A stretch of DNA of 64,000 bases from Antedon mediterranea (taxonomy: Eukaryota > Animalia > Echinodermata): assembly GCF_964355755.1 (NCBI RefSeq), contig NC_092672.1, positions 11,284,001-11,348,000 of the forward strand, read 5' to 3'. Below are positions 35,001 to 47,400 of the stretch, piece by piece. The position numbers and the translations under genes were made by a program. The notes below the pieces were generated by a model. The model was not told the origin of the DNA. It did no database searches and was given only the letters and a program-made list of their open reading frames with translations. Each line of letters begins with the position of its first letter. Position 1 is the stretch's first letter.

Positions 35001-38000
35001 AAAACTCAGATATCAATATCTGGGTTTTCTAGTTCCAAAATGGAACTAGAAAACTCAGATCATCATATGATTGGTTGGTAGATAGGTCATTTGGATCATT
35101 CCATTATTAATCAGAAGGTAGGTCATTTGAAATAGGCCTACTAGAGTATTATTTATTATTATTGAAACTGATTACTGTGTATGTTTTCTTACTAATATTG
35201 TAACATGTAGAAGCGGCCTACGGCTTAAATCATAAAGAAAATACAGTGCACGTTACCGTTAAAATGTAGGCTTAAAAATTAGGTATGTACGAGGTAGCCA
35301 AGTTGGGAATAGGTACAATACGAATACGAGTACAAGTTATTTTGGGTACGAGTTGACCACTTCTAGCCTAGTACCCGGGCCAGGCCTACTCTTCGCGATA
35401 CATCGCGATAGCGCCCACACGTTGAGCCTTAAAATTGAGTTTGCTTAGCTAGGGTCGGCCTAAATGCTAAGCCTACATTTTAAAAGGTGTATACTGTATT
35501 TCTTTATGATTTAAGTGGTAGGCTGCTACTACAAGTTACAATAATTATTATTAGTAAGAAAACGTATAATACTGTAGTATTTCAAACAAGCTACCCTCTG
35601 ATAATAATGGAACGATCCATTTGATGATCTAGGTTTTCTAGTTCCATTTTGGAACTAGAAAACTCAGATATTGATATCTGAGTTTTCTAGATCTAGAAAA
35701 CTCAGATATATCTGAGATCTGAGTTTTCTAGACACCCATTATTTTGATACTGTAGAGTAGCTACCTGATATGGCTATGTGCTGTTTTTGTCATGTCTTGC
35801 CTCTACACATACTGTAGAGTAGCTGTCTGATATGGCTATGTGCTGTATTTGACATGCCTAGCATCATCACATAAGTACAGTAACTGCCTGATATGGCTAT
35901 GTGTTGTTTTTGACATGTCTAGCCTCAACACATACCGTAGAGTAGCTGCCTGATATGGCTATGTGCTGTATTTGACATGTCTAGCATCATCACATACAGT
36001 ACAATAGCTGCCTGATATGGCTATGTGCTGTATTTGACATGCCTAGCATCATCACATAAGTACAGTAACTGCCTGATATGGCTATGTGTTGTTTTTGACA
36101 TGTCTAGCCTCAACACATACCGTAGAGTAGCTGCCTGATATGGCTATGTGCTGTATTTGACATGTCTAGCATCATCACATACAGTACAATAGCTGCCTGA
36201 TATGGCTATGTGTTGTTTTTGTCATGTCTAGCCTTAACACATACTGTAGAGTAGCTGCCTGATATGGCTATGTGTTGTTTTTGTCCCGTTTTTGTCATGC
36301 CTAGCCTCAACACATACAGTACAATAGCTGCCTGAAATGGCTATGTGTTGTTTTTGTCATGTCTAGCCTCAACACATACAGTACAATAGCTGCCTGATAT
36401 GGCTATGTGTTGTTTTTGTCATGTCTAGCCTTAACACATACTGTAGAGTATCTGCCTGATATGGCTATGTGCTGTATTATAACATTTCAAACATCATCAC
36501 ATGACAGCCTGATAATGTTCCGAGGTGCCTGATACTCTATAGCATTTGACATGTCTGGAATCCACATGTTAGCAGTACTTTACTACTTGACATCTAAAAC
36601 AAGTCTCTATTTTATAGGTGATCATTCCAAGCTTACTCTAGAAACAAAGAACGTCTTCATTGAGTGTACAGCAACTGACCTGACTAAGGCAAAGATTGTT
36701 CTTGATACGCTGGTAACAATGTTTAGCCAATACTGTGATAATAAGTTCCAGTAAGTTTATTTCTAAACATATCTAATTACTACTGTACTAAGCTTCTCCT
36801 TTTATAGTTACTTCTATGTTTGTTAACAGTATTAAAATATGTTTACAATATTCACTTGTCTTATTTACAATACTATAATTAGTAATTATAACAAATCAGA
36901 CATGAAAGCCTGTCAACCCCGCATTTGTCCTGCCATTTCAACCACGCAATTTTCCTGCCACTCCCTAATATAGAATTAATATCAATGAGTTATTCATTGT
37001 GCCGTGTATCCGTATATTTGGAAGTCATGGAACCCGGAAGCCAGTTGTACAGTGCGAGTATGTGAAAATAAACCTGTGATATCCACAAATCAAGCATAAT
37101 TTATATATAGATTTATGTGTGGTAAACATGATAAAAATTATGTACAGGAATAAAAATGAATTATGGGTGATTTTTTAATGTGTTTAATTTTTGTTATTAG
37201 GGTAGAGTCTGTTGAAGTAATATATGAGGAGGATGGAAAGTCATGTATTTATCCTGAACTGAAGTATAGACATGAGGTTATCTCTGCTGATCTTATCAAC
37301 AGACAAATTGGAATTAAGTAAGTGCATTCAAAAATCAATCCTTTGTTAAACTCATTTTTGGTGTTTCTGAGTGTTGGTAAACTGTAATTAAAATAGTCAT
37401 ATATATATATATATCGGTTTTTGGTTGGATTTAAATGTTTATTTTGTTATTCTATAAAGTGAAAACATTATTTTTTCGGTGTTTTTTTCTACGGAATTAA
37501 CTTTTTTAAAACTACAAAATGGCCTACTCAAAGTCTGATTTATTAATCTTTATTTTTCATGTTTTTGAGAACAATACATCTTTAATTGTTTTATTTTTGT
37601 TTATGTAAGTGCTGTATAGGTGTATTAATACATATCATAAGCATCTTCTTTATGCGATATTTTCTCTAAATATTGGTTGTAATAAATGATGTTATTTAAA
37701 TTGTTTTTTAGTGAGACAGCTGAAGACATTGCATCACTATTAACCAAAATGTGTCTAGCAAGCGAAGTTGTCGAGGGCGGGAAAAAGGTCAAAGTTGAAG
37801 TTCCTCCAACTAGAGCTGATATCCTTTATCAAACTAACACTTATTGATACAAATTTAGCAATTTTGATGTAAAATAAGCATGTTATAACTGTTACTAGGT
37901 ATCCCAATGAAAGCGCACAGAGGGGTATCACTTTTGAAATATTGACGAAATTCGAAAAAGTAGTATGACTTTGATGTTAAATAAATCGTATTCAATCTTA

Positions 38001-41000
38001 ATTAATACTTACAAAATTTATATTGTTTGAAAGTACTTGTTTTAATCTATGTATAAGTGTGTTTATAATTAAAATTAATGAATTAGTTGCCGAGAAAATG
38101 CGATTTTAAAACGGTTCTAAAATCCTGTCGAGCCGATTTCCGCGCGTTGAAAACCTCATCGGAAAATCCCCATCAGTTTTCAAAACACGATCGCACGATT
38201 ACCATTGGAGCTAGCGGATTAATTTTTGTTGTATGTTATCAGGCTTTAAATAAGCTTTAATTTGATATGAAAATCGTCTTCTATAAATAGGTTTTTCGTA
38301 ACGAAAAGTCAATTTTTGTGACAAAAATCCAATTTTGATTCACCGTTTATGGAAAAATATTATGGATTTTGGTATTAAATTATAGCTAAATCTACATTGA
38401 ATTCGATAAAACATAGTTTACAAACGTATTGTGCATGGTAATTGTCCGAACTACATTTTAAAATGGTGCATGAGGCGTAAATCCCGTTCAAAATTTTAAA
38501 GATCCAACCATTATAATCCGGTGAATATTGTAGTGAGTAAAATATTGTACTCTAAAATACGCGCGTGTTTGTTGTGGCGTTTTCCGTTAAATACATTAAT
38601 GCACCCTATCAGCGAATGGTACGTTCCATATTTTGAACACGTTGTTTAGTTTTCCTCGCTCGAGTTCGACCGGCTCGACGCGAGATGTGTGACAGCAGCG
38701 ATGTTGGAGATTGACATGTCCTTTTCCGTCGTAGAATATCTGGTTTTACACATTAATTTAACAACTTAAAATTGATGTAATGTGCGGAAGATTTATTATG
38801 CAAGTATACAATGCAAGTATACAATGCAAATGCGTTAGGTTAAAATGTACCGAAGAAATTTATTAAGCTAATTTACCAACGTTACATTTGACTCTGTATA
38901 CGGCGGTCGAAAGTCATTAATGCACTTGTCAATTGTATGACCCACTATACGACCCCCGGGAGAGGTGCGTCATTTGTCCGATGTACGTCATACTTTTGAA
39001 TACCATGACGCACCCGTGCGTCAAAAAGGTGACTTACCTTTAGGTGACCATGACGCACCCATTTTGACGCACTGTGACCATGTTGTTTATGATATGGTGG
39101 GTGGTAAAGTGACGGACATTGACACACCTTGTTCATTGATGTGACGTACCATCTAGGTTTTTTGACGCACCCCTGCGTCAGTAATTATTTGTAAATGACG
39201 CACCCATGACGCACCTCCCGGGGGTCGTATAGTGAGTCATACAATTGACAAGTGCATAACTGCGACCGAAATACTTTAACGGGAGCGACTACTGATCGCG
39301 AGTAAGCCGTGACTTGGCCTAAACTTTAGCTCCGTATTTCAATTTAATAACGTAATAATACGAAAAGAAAACAATTTTTATAATGTTATATATACTATTC
39401 AGGTAAACAATTAATTGTTTTAATTAACATTGATTATTTTAAATGAGTTTATTTTGACCCATATTGTGCGTTTACCTTAAAAGAGCATATCTTACTTAGC
39501 AGCCCGGCTTAGATTTGGTGTCATAATCATACGGGCCTAAAATCTTGTTTTACGTATTCAAAAGTTATATATAATAGTATTTATGATTGAAATTATAAAT
39601 ATAAAGTATATTAAAATATTCTAATAATTATACTTACCGAAAATTGGTGTAAAAGAAAGGAAACAGTACACATCATTTTTAACATAGTTTTTCATTTTTT
39701 TTTTTTTTTATTTTAAATTTCACCATTAAAAAAATTTTTTTTTTCATATACACATCTAAAATGTATTTATTAATGAAATATACACTACATTCTAACAAGT
39801 ACAAAAAAAATTAAATGAATTAGTACAGTAGTTCAAAAGTTACAGATCATTGAAAAATTGCAGTTTTTTCATTTTTTAGGGAATTCCAGCAAAAATGGGC
39901 GCTAAATGCTTTCCTACCACTTTGCGGACCAATAATTTAAAAAATAGGTTTTGTTGAGGCTCCAAAAAAATAGAGTTGTACAACTCTGTGATATCTATAG
40001 GTTTAAAAAAATTCAAAACTTTTAACTAATTATTGTAAAACTTATAACCTTTTAAAAATGCTTCCAATTTCAACTGCAAAAAAACACCATTTTTAGGCAA
40101 AAAATCGTATATTTTTTTACCACTTCAAATAACCATAACTTTAGAACGGGTAATCGGATTTCAATCATTCAAATTGCAAAATGCTAATTACATTAAGTTC
40201 TTTATGGTTAACTGAAAGAAAAAGTAAAAAAATTAATCTGAATTTTTTCATTGGGATACCTACTGTTACAACCAGATAATTGGTTGATGTGCATGATTTT
40301 GGTCAAATATATTAGTGTTTTTTAATTTTTTAAATGTTTTTTTGTTTTTGTTTTAATATACTGTCCACTATCAAACTAGTGTGTGATGTGCCCAAATATG
40401 GTAATGCTATGATTTCATTGTGTCCAGATATGGGCACATCACAGGTTGATAGTGTGAGGCTGAGTTTAAGTCACAAAATATTATTGATATACTTGTTTCC
40501 TTTAGCCAAAATTTGACTACTGAAAAAATTCTGAAATGTTAAGTTACTGGGTGAACTTAGAACAAGAAATATATTTTGTTCCAAAAATCCTTAACAACAT
40601 GACACATGTTATTCATGCTTGCGACATAGTTGAGGATGTTGCAATTGCCTACAGTTACAACCGCATCGTGGAACGTATTCCGAACACAAACACAGTTAGT
40701 GTACAGTACCCCATCAACAAACTCTCAGATCTGCTACGACAGGAAATTGCAGCATCCGGATTTACGGAAGCATTGACCTTTGCCCTAGTAAGTGTATTAT
40801 TGTTTTTTGATTGTTTTGTGTCAGTAAAATGATTTTGTTTCAATGGTGTATGTGAACTTACCTACTTACCTTTACATTTAAAATAGAAACTAAACAACAT
40901 TAAACACAAGCACTAAGTCATTTTCTTTCTTTTTTTGTTGTTGTTAGTGTTCAAGAGATGACATATCAGTAAAACTGCGAAAAGATTTGAAGGATACTAA

Positions 41001-44000
41001 AGCAGTCCATATTGGAAACCCTAAAACATTAGAATTTCAGGTAATTTTAAATAAGAGTGATAGTGAGCAACCAATATTTTAGTGAAAAGTATTTTTTTTA
41101 TGGAAAGCAAAACAAAAAAGATCAATACAGTATACCAATATAAAGTGCATCTGAATTCCCATGTTTAGACCTGCCTAAGCATAGAGCCTAAAAGGCCCTT
41201 CACACCTGTTCCGGCACGGTTCCGGTCTGGCGCCGGCAACTCCAATCGCACATCAATGTTTCGTTTTTACGCGACTACGAAAGCGAAACATTGGCGTGCG
41301 ATTCGCCAGATCGGAACCGTGCCGGAACAGGTATGAAAGACCCTTTATGTTTGCAGTAGTAAACTGTTTGAATGAATAGAATATTTTGGGGGAGTTGTCA
41401 ACAACAGTATGTGATATTGACACAGAAAAAGTGTATTTATAATTTTCCTTTAACATTGGTACTTGTGGAGATGGTAGACGCTGTGTTTCTTTGGGAAACC
41501 CTTATTCAGGGGACACAGCTATTATACCCCTTTCACACCAAAACTCCCCGGGGTTTATGACCATTCAAAACGTCGAGAAAATCCGGAGATACCCCTTTCA
41601 CACCAACCTAGCAACACCGTGGTTTATAAAATAAAATTGTAAATGTCGCCCTCTATTTTTTTTGTTTACATAGCGACGATCATTAGAATCATTTTAATTA
41701 ATAATATTTTAAATTTAATAATTACTTTCAAAAGTCTCAGAAGTAATATAATGTTTTATTTATACTACTTATTATTTTCTAGACCCGCTATATATTTTTT
41801 ACAAATATTATAGTGTTTTAAAATAATAATAAATAATTGATTGCGAGGATAACCTTTTGACCCGAAACACTCCGGAGTTTGATGTTGGTACCTTTCACAC
41901 CAAAACACCGGGGTGTCCCCGCAGTTCGCTCTCCGGAGAATGTTCAGCTGTTCAACCCAGCAGTTTTAAACTCCGGAGTTGCTTGATTTTACCTTTCACA
42001 CCAAACAGCGGGGCGTCAACTCCGGGGTGTCTCCGGAGTTTTGCTTTTGGTGTGAAAGGGGTATTAGAGGAGGGTGGAAGGCACTTTTCTGTAGAATGAA
42101 AGAGGGGCAATATAGTATTTTGCATTAATGCAAACCTCTATTCAAGACAACTCCCTATTCAAATTAAAGTGGTATCCCATTGATAGAGGATCTATAATAT
42201 ATATAAACATGAATGTTAACATTCAAGACATAATTGTATTTTATATTTTCTTATTTATTGATATCCAAAGGTTGCCAGAACCACTCTTCTGCCTGGAATC
42301 TTAAAGACAATAGCAAGCAATAAGAATATGCCTTTACCAATGAAGCTGTTTGAGATCTCTGATGTCATTGTTAAGGATTCAGAAAAGGATGTCGGTGCCA
42401 GAAACTTTCGTAACTTCTGTGCTGTGAACTACAACAAGCTACCGGATTTTGAGGTCAGGGTTTTAATTTTGAAAAATAAACATTTTATGTTATATCCAAA
42501 TCAAAATGAAATTTAATAAAGTTATTCACTTCTGTAAAAAAAAGAGTGAAATTATTTCACTTATAAAATGACAAAAGAAGCGGTTAAAGATGTATTGTCC
42601 CCAAAAAACTTGAAAAATGAAGATTAATAAAATCAGACTTTGAATATGCCATTTTGTAGTTTAACAAATCATTTCCGTAGAAAAAAAACCCCGAAAAAAT
42701 AATGTTTTCACTTATAATATGACAAAATAAATGGTTAAATTCAACCAAAAACTCTTTGTCTGGCAGCCAATTTGACTATGTTTTGCCTTAAATTTTTCCC
42801 ATTAAATGTTTGGTCAAAGTGGATAACGATTATCTGACATTGGCATATTCAACAACAAAAATTGTAAGAATTATTTTTCGGGGGTGGTGGGGAGAGACAA
42901 TACATCTTTAATGAAAGTAAAATATTACAATTTTATTTTTTTAACTTTGATGAAAAACTTTTACTTTTGTGTGATTGGTGAATATTGTGTCTCACCTTTA
43001 TTTCTTGATGGAATTTTGATTATTTCTATAGACAATTTAATTACTCTTATCTTAATATAGCAGTGCATGTTATTGTTATTGTTATTTTTTGCAGGTAATT
43101 CATGGGTTGTTGGATAGATTCATGCAGTTGCTGGAGATACCCTTTTCACAGAATGGTAAAGGATACTGCATTAGAGCTATTGATGGTAAGTATATATAAT
43201 ATTATTCTCCCATCAGTTTATTACTGGTACTGTAGGCTCTAGTGCAGAGTATCAAAGGCTAGAAGTTGCCATGCTATAGTATACAAATAATGAATGTTTA
43301 TGAGTGCAATGGTACAAATAATGGCACGAGGTGAATGATGAAAGGTTATATCAACGAGGCAAAGCTGAGTTGATATAACCTTTCATCATTCACCAAGTGC
43401 CATTATTTGTACCATTACACGAATACAAAACATTCATTATTTGTTTTATATAACATCTAGACGTTTTTTTTTCGTACACAAAAATGTTTCAAAAAGTACT
43501 ATTTAACGATCGTTGAATAGTGCGTACTATTGCACGCCATGTGACCCACATTCGTCCAATCAAATGACAGGAATTTATATAGGTGTTATATAATAGCCAT
43601 TATGATTAGAACAATAGGCTCTTTGGTAGAGTATGGGTTAAAGTTTAACAAGATATAGTTGCCATTATGACTGGGGTATGATGGTAGGCTCGGAGTACAG
43701 GCTAGACATTTTCAAGCTATGTTACCATAAAATGTGAGCCGACAGTAAATCCAGAACCCAATTAAATTAACATGTTAACAAAGAAAAATATTAAAATATA
43801 AATAATACTGTATTTTTAATTCAGGCTTGATCTCAGATATCAGCTGACTATCAGAGCTTAGATCAAATCTTTTAATATGAAAATTGCCTAATCAAATGTG
43901 TGTTGTTCGCTTAAATAAAACCTAACCCTCTGAATATTTCTACACTAACAATAACACAGTGAATAGTGGAGGATTCGAACCATAGCGAAACTGATCAGTC

Positions 44001-44400
44001 AAGTGAACAATATGGAAATAGGATTTATTAAGCGTGGTACTGTAGTATTATACATACGCAAGATTTCACAGAACATTTAATAATAAAATGCCAGAAATCT
44101 AATTTAGAATAAAAATTCTCATATAATTGGTTAAAGAAAATGCTCAATTAAAATGTTCACAAAATGCCATGGGTGACCGATTACTAGGTCAAATACTGTT
44201 ATATTCTTAAATTGAATATAAACTTTTAAATGCTTTTCTGTTTTACAGATCCAACATTCTTTAAAGGTAGATGCGCAGAAATTGTTGTAAATGAAAAACC
44301 AATCGGCAAACTCGGTGTTCTTCATCCAGAAGTTTTATCCAAATTTGACCTGTCCATGCCATGTTCTGCTCTAGAAATCAACATTGAACCTTTCCTTTGA
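26039..44400 (+). CDS. FARSB: Phenylalanine--tRNA ligase beta subunit (~593 aa, 15 coding exons)
   Basis: Exons 26039-26096, 27190-27245, 27858-27961, 28243-28372, 28997-29112, 29615-29723, 34646-34796, 36618-36750, 37201-37317, 37712-37818, 40606-40787, 40948-41040, 42271-42453, 43095-43185, 44249-44400 total 1782 nt in an open frame. Motifs include [99 protein letters not shown] and LEINIEPFL*. Confidence 0.97.
26630..26989. repeat. 59-bp tandem repeat (~6 copies) built from palindromic words, in FARSB intron 1
   Basis: The unit GTTAGTTGGCCCTAGGCCTATTAACCTGCCTAGGCTAGGCCTAGTAGTACTGTAGTACT repeats almost perfectly. Confidence 0.95.
29771..34264. mobile_element. TIR element (25-bp perfect TIR) hosting a nested L2 LINE
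   Basis: CAATAGACACGTTTCGCGCTCGCGA at 29771 and its reverse complement ending at 34264. No clear TSD. Confidence 0.75.
30123..33700 (-). mobile_element. L2/CR1-group LINE, near full-length ORF2 (APE endonuclease + RT) broken by frameshifts
   Basis: Three overlapping ORFs: 33077-33649 (FNARS, ITETWL, VYRPP), 32263-33093 (GDLNFH, PTH..GHTLD, CDH) and 30573-32378 ([49 protein letters not shown]). There is an L2-type 3' end AAGCGCCTTTGAG..GGGCGCTATAGAAAT plus an A-rich (AATA-like) tail at ~30123-30200. Confidence 0.93.
34913..35737. mobile_element. ~825-bp foldback element with internally repetitive long inverted arms
   Basis: GGGTGTCTAGAAAACTCAGATCTCAGATATATCTGAG.. is mirrored at 35737. The inner arms (~35195-35250 vs ~35490-35545) are also inverted. 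Confidence 0.85.
35748..36480. repeat. 61-62-bp tandem repeat (~12 copies) with a 185-bp trimeric higher-order duplication
   Basis: The core GCTGCCTGATATGGCTATGTG(C/T)TG recurs every 61-62 bp. The variant block starting at 35821 recurs at 36006. Confidence 0.93.
37819..40605 (+). other. U12-type AT-AC intron in FARSB (2787 nt)
   Basis: The 5'ss is ATATCCTTT at 37819, the branch site is TCCTTAAC at 40588-40595 and the intron ends in AC at 40604-05. Splicing restores PPTRA-D-VIHACD. Confidence 0.93.
37896..40262. mobile_element. 2.37-kb non-autonomous DNA transposon with 17-bp TIR and 7-bp TSD inside the U12 intron; internal foldback 38920-39257
   Basis: CTGTTAC|TAGGTATCCCAATGAAA ... TTTCATTGGGATACCTA|CTGTTAC. 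The internal inverted repeat is ATGCACTTGTCAATTGTATGACCCACTATACGACCCCCGGG, with TGACGCAC repeats. Confidence 0.88.
41190..41348. mobile_element. Short palindromic MITE (PIF/Harbinger-like)
   Basis: TAAAAGGCCCTTCACACCTGTTCCGGCACGGTTCCG.. / ..CGGAACCGTGCCGGAACAGGTATGAAAGACCCTTTA. Confidence 0.7.
41525..42063. mobile_element. PIF/Harbinger-like MITE
   Basis: TTA|TACCCCTTTCACACCAAAA ... TTTTGGTGTGAAAGGGGTA|TTA: a 3-bp TTA TSD, with subterminal CCTTTCACACCAA repeats. Confidence 0.85.
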
Positions 44401-44687
44401 GACCATATCAATATGTGCAAATACTCCGGTGAACAAGAATTTATATTATATTAAATTGTCGCGTACTGTAAAGCCAATCTTGTCCATTTATTATTAATAT
44501 AATGTTTATAAAAAATATATAACCTTAAGGTATATATAAGTTTTCCACGAGGCAAATTCATCCATGTGATTTGAAAATTACCACAGGGAACACCATTTGC
44601 ACTATAGTATACCATTTTACTATTTTTCACTACAAAATGAATACAGGAGCAGAATTGTTCATTTCGAGTTAATGAATACTGAAGTAA

Positions 44688-44932
44688 AGCCTGGTTTCCA
44701 TAAAATCGCTACACGGCAGAGCGTAGCGATTCTATGGAAACGCTAGAATTTATCGGGGATCTAGTACGCGAGCGCTAAATATTCTTTGGTACGTGTATAC
44801 GATTCATCGCCGACACAATCGGCAAAGTTGAACATGGTTGAACTTTGCCGATTTGACTGCGATGAATCGGGGAGCCTTCCCGATTGCGTCGGCGACATCT
44901 GCGCGTGTAGCGATTTTAATGGAAACCAGGCT
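44688..44932. mobile_element. PIF/Harbinger-like MITE downstream of the FARSB stop codon
   Basis: TAA|AGCCTGGTTTCCATAAAATCGCTACACG ... CGTGTAGCGATTTTAATGGAAACCAGGCT|TTA. Confidence 0.8.
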
Positions 44933-45787
44933 TTATAAAATACAAAAATGTATTTGTCCTTAAAAATTGTAAATAAATAACAATTTGAGGACATAGAAGT
45001 TCACAAATTTGTTGAGCTTAATCTACAGTACATATTATATTTATTATAAAAATCATAGGTTTAATAATATCTGATTTTGATTTAATATAGTCTACACTAT
45101 AATCACCCTGGGTGATGATACCTCGCATTTTGTTGTAGACAGGACCAACATTTAATGTCTCATTTGAAGGATGAAATGAAGAGAAGCATCTTGCTTGTAA
45201 AAAGCAAGTCTGATTTACTTCTTTGTACTATTTTGTTCTAATCATGTTTTATTGGTTTGAAAAGATTGTGAAATTGATTCTTCTTAAAATACAGATGTTT
45301 TTATGTGATTCAAATATCTGTGATTTTCGGTAACTTGCTGCTTTACAAACATTTTACATCCAACTCCCAAATAAAATAAAGACAAGAAAATGTGCAATTT
45401 GTCAGGTTTTTATTTCTTTGAGTCTTAATTACTTCTATGTAACATTTTATTGAACTATTTTTTTTATAGAAAGATAAAACTGGAATTAAATCCCAGTTAA
45501 AGAAATACATTTCTTATTTTCAAACCAATTAAACTCTTAAGGGTGTGGAAGGCATGTTGACCTCCTATTCCACTATTTCTTGTATTCTGGATTTTAAAGT
45601 GCATAATTTTGTGAAACCTTTAAGCGCTGTACATATTACTCCAGTCATTTTTGGATTATACATGTATGGAAACATTCTTATGATGAGACAGTAATCTGCG
45701 CAAACTTGTGTCTTGACCTTACCAGGTACACATTTGTACACCTGGGTGGAGAGAGGCAAATGTAAGTATGTGTACTGTCTTGCCTAA

Positions 45788-45959
45788 AGCGTGGTTCCCA
45801 CTAGCGACGCAACACAAGGACGTAACGCAACGCAAGTGAATTGACCAATCACAAGCGATGGCTTATTCGCTTGTGATTGCTGTCTGTAACTTCGCTTATT
45901 GGTTAAAACGCTTGCGTTGTGTTTACGTCCTTGCGTTACGTTCTAGTGGGAACCAAGCT
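45788..45959. mobile_element. Harbinger-like MITE inserted into a minus-strand SINE relic (~45620-46020)
   Basis: TAA|AGCGTGGTTCCCACTAG ... CTAGTGGGAACCAAGCT|TTA. The flanks CATTTGTACACCTGGGTGGAGAGAGGCAA..TCTTGCCTAA|GGATAC resemble the reverse complement of a deuterostome SINE core. Confidence 0.7.
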
Positions 45960-46549
45960 TTAGGATACAAACAATTCAACGACATTGGATTCAAACACAA
46001 GATCAGTAGTCAAATTTCCCATATACAGATGCCCGTCAATTTGGACTTGCATCTAAGTTAAATGTGACGGTTAGGAGATACTGGGAAGAGAGCATGGGGA
46101 AACAATCTAGATGAGTAGAGATCGATTAATAAAGATGCAGCAGATGTAGAGAGAAAATGCAGTGATAAACAATACAGTATACTAAACAAACAAAATCAAT
46201 CAACAAATCACTTGTTATTATCATGTTATTGAGTCAGAATCCATAATAAACACAATAATGTTATATTAACAACATATTATACTTGATTTTCCACAGACAA
46301 TTGCTTTTCTTTATTATGTTTTAAAAACCGATTAATTTAATAAAATCCATAAAGCAGTCTTCATAGCAGTTAACAATGATGCTATTATACTTATAGAAAC
46401 CTCAAAATAAAACATTTAATACATGTTTTTCTTAATAAAAATCTTTAATTTTCTAAAATATGCATGCACATCTGACTACTATTTAACAAAAGAACCTAGT
46501 AAATGCAAAATATTAGCAAAATAATACAAATTCTTTAAAACTTTTTTCT

Positions 46550-47400
46550 TTATGCACACATTCCAATAAGGAAACAATATGTTTATAGCACCAATGTAAA
46601 AGATAAAACACAAAAATTAATAAAAAAGTAAACTCAAAAATTCAAAATTATTATTAATTATTTTATCACAGTACAAAATCAATAAAATCCCAAACAAAAA
46701 ACAAATTTGGAAATCTTTTTTAAACACGCTTTTCAACAAAGAAACACATTGTTTTATAGCACCAATGTAAAGGATGAAACACAAAAATGAATAAAAAAAA
46801 ACTCATTCAAAATTTAAAAACAATGTTGAGATACAATTCATTCATCACAGCACAAAATGTAGCAATAAAATAAAAACAAAGAAATTTGGAATCTTTTTTA
46901 AATTGTAACATCCTTTTTTATAGCACCAATGAAAAGGGTGAAACAAAAAAATGAATTAAAAAGAAGTAACTCATAATTAAAATTTAAACACAATGTTGAG
47001 CTAAAATTCATTCATACAGCACAAAATGTAGCAACAAAATAAAAACAAAGAAATTTGGAATCTTTTTGAAATTTATCCTTTTTTATAGCACCAATGAAAA
47101 GGGTGAAACAAAAAATGAATTAAAAAGAATGTAACTCATAATTAAAATTTAAACACAATGTTGAGCTAAAATTCATTCATACAGCACAAAATGTAGCAAT
47201 AAAATAAAAACAAAGAAATTTGGAATCTTTTTGAAATTTATCCTTTTTTATAGCACCAATGAAAAGGGTGAAACAAAAAATGAATTAAAAAGAATGTAAC
47301 TCATAATTAAAATTTAAACACAATGTTGAGCTAAAATTCATTCATACAGCACAAAATTTAGCAATAAAATCCCAACAAAATATAAGCATCTTTTTAGCAC
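46550..47400. repeat. ~165-bp A-rich tandem repeat (~5 copies) between the FARSB and GLT8D1 3' ends
   Basis: TAGCACCAATG recurs at 46586, 46757, 46921, 47086 and 47251. The last three units are nearly identical. Confidence 0.92.

Noticed and set aside
35748-36480. Repeat-spacer-like pattern (constant core with variable flanks)
   Set aside because: The variable parts are homologous variants of one 61-62-bp unit, so this is a satellite and not a set of acquired spacers.
40536-40605. N-terminal part of ORF 40536-40832 as FARSB coding sequence
   Set aside because: It lies in the AT-AC intron. Similarity to FARSB starts only at 40606.
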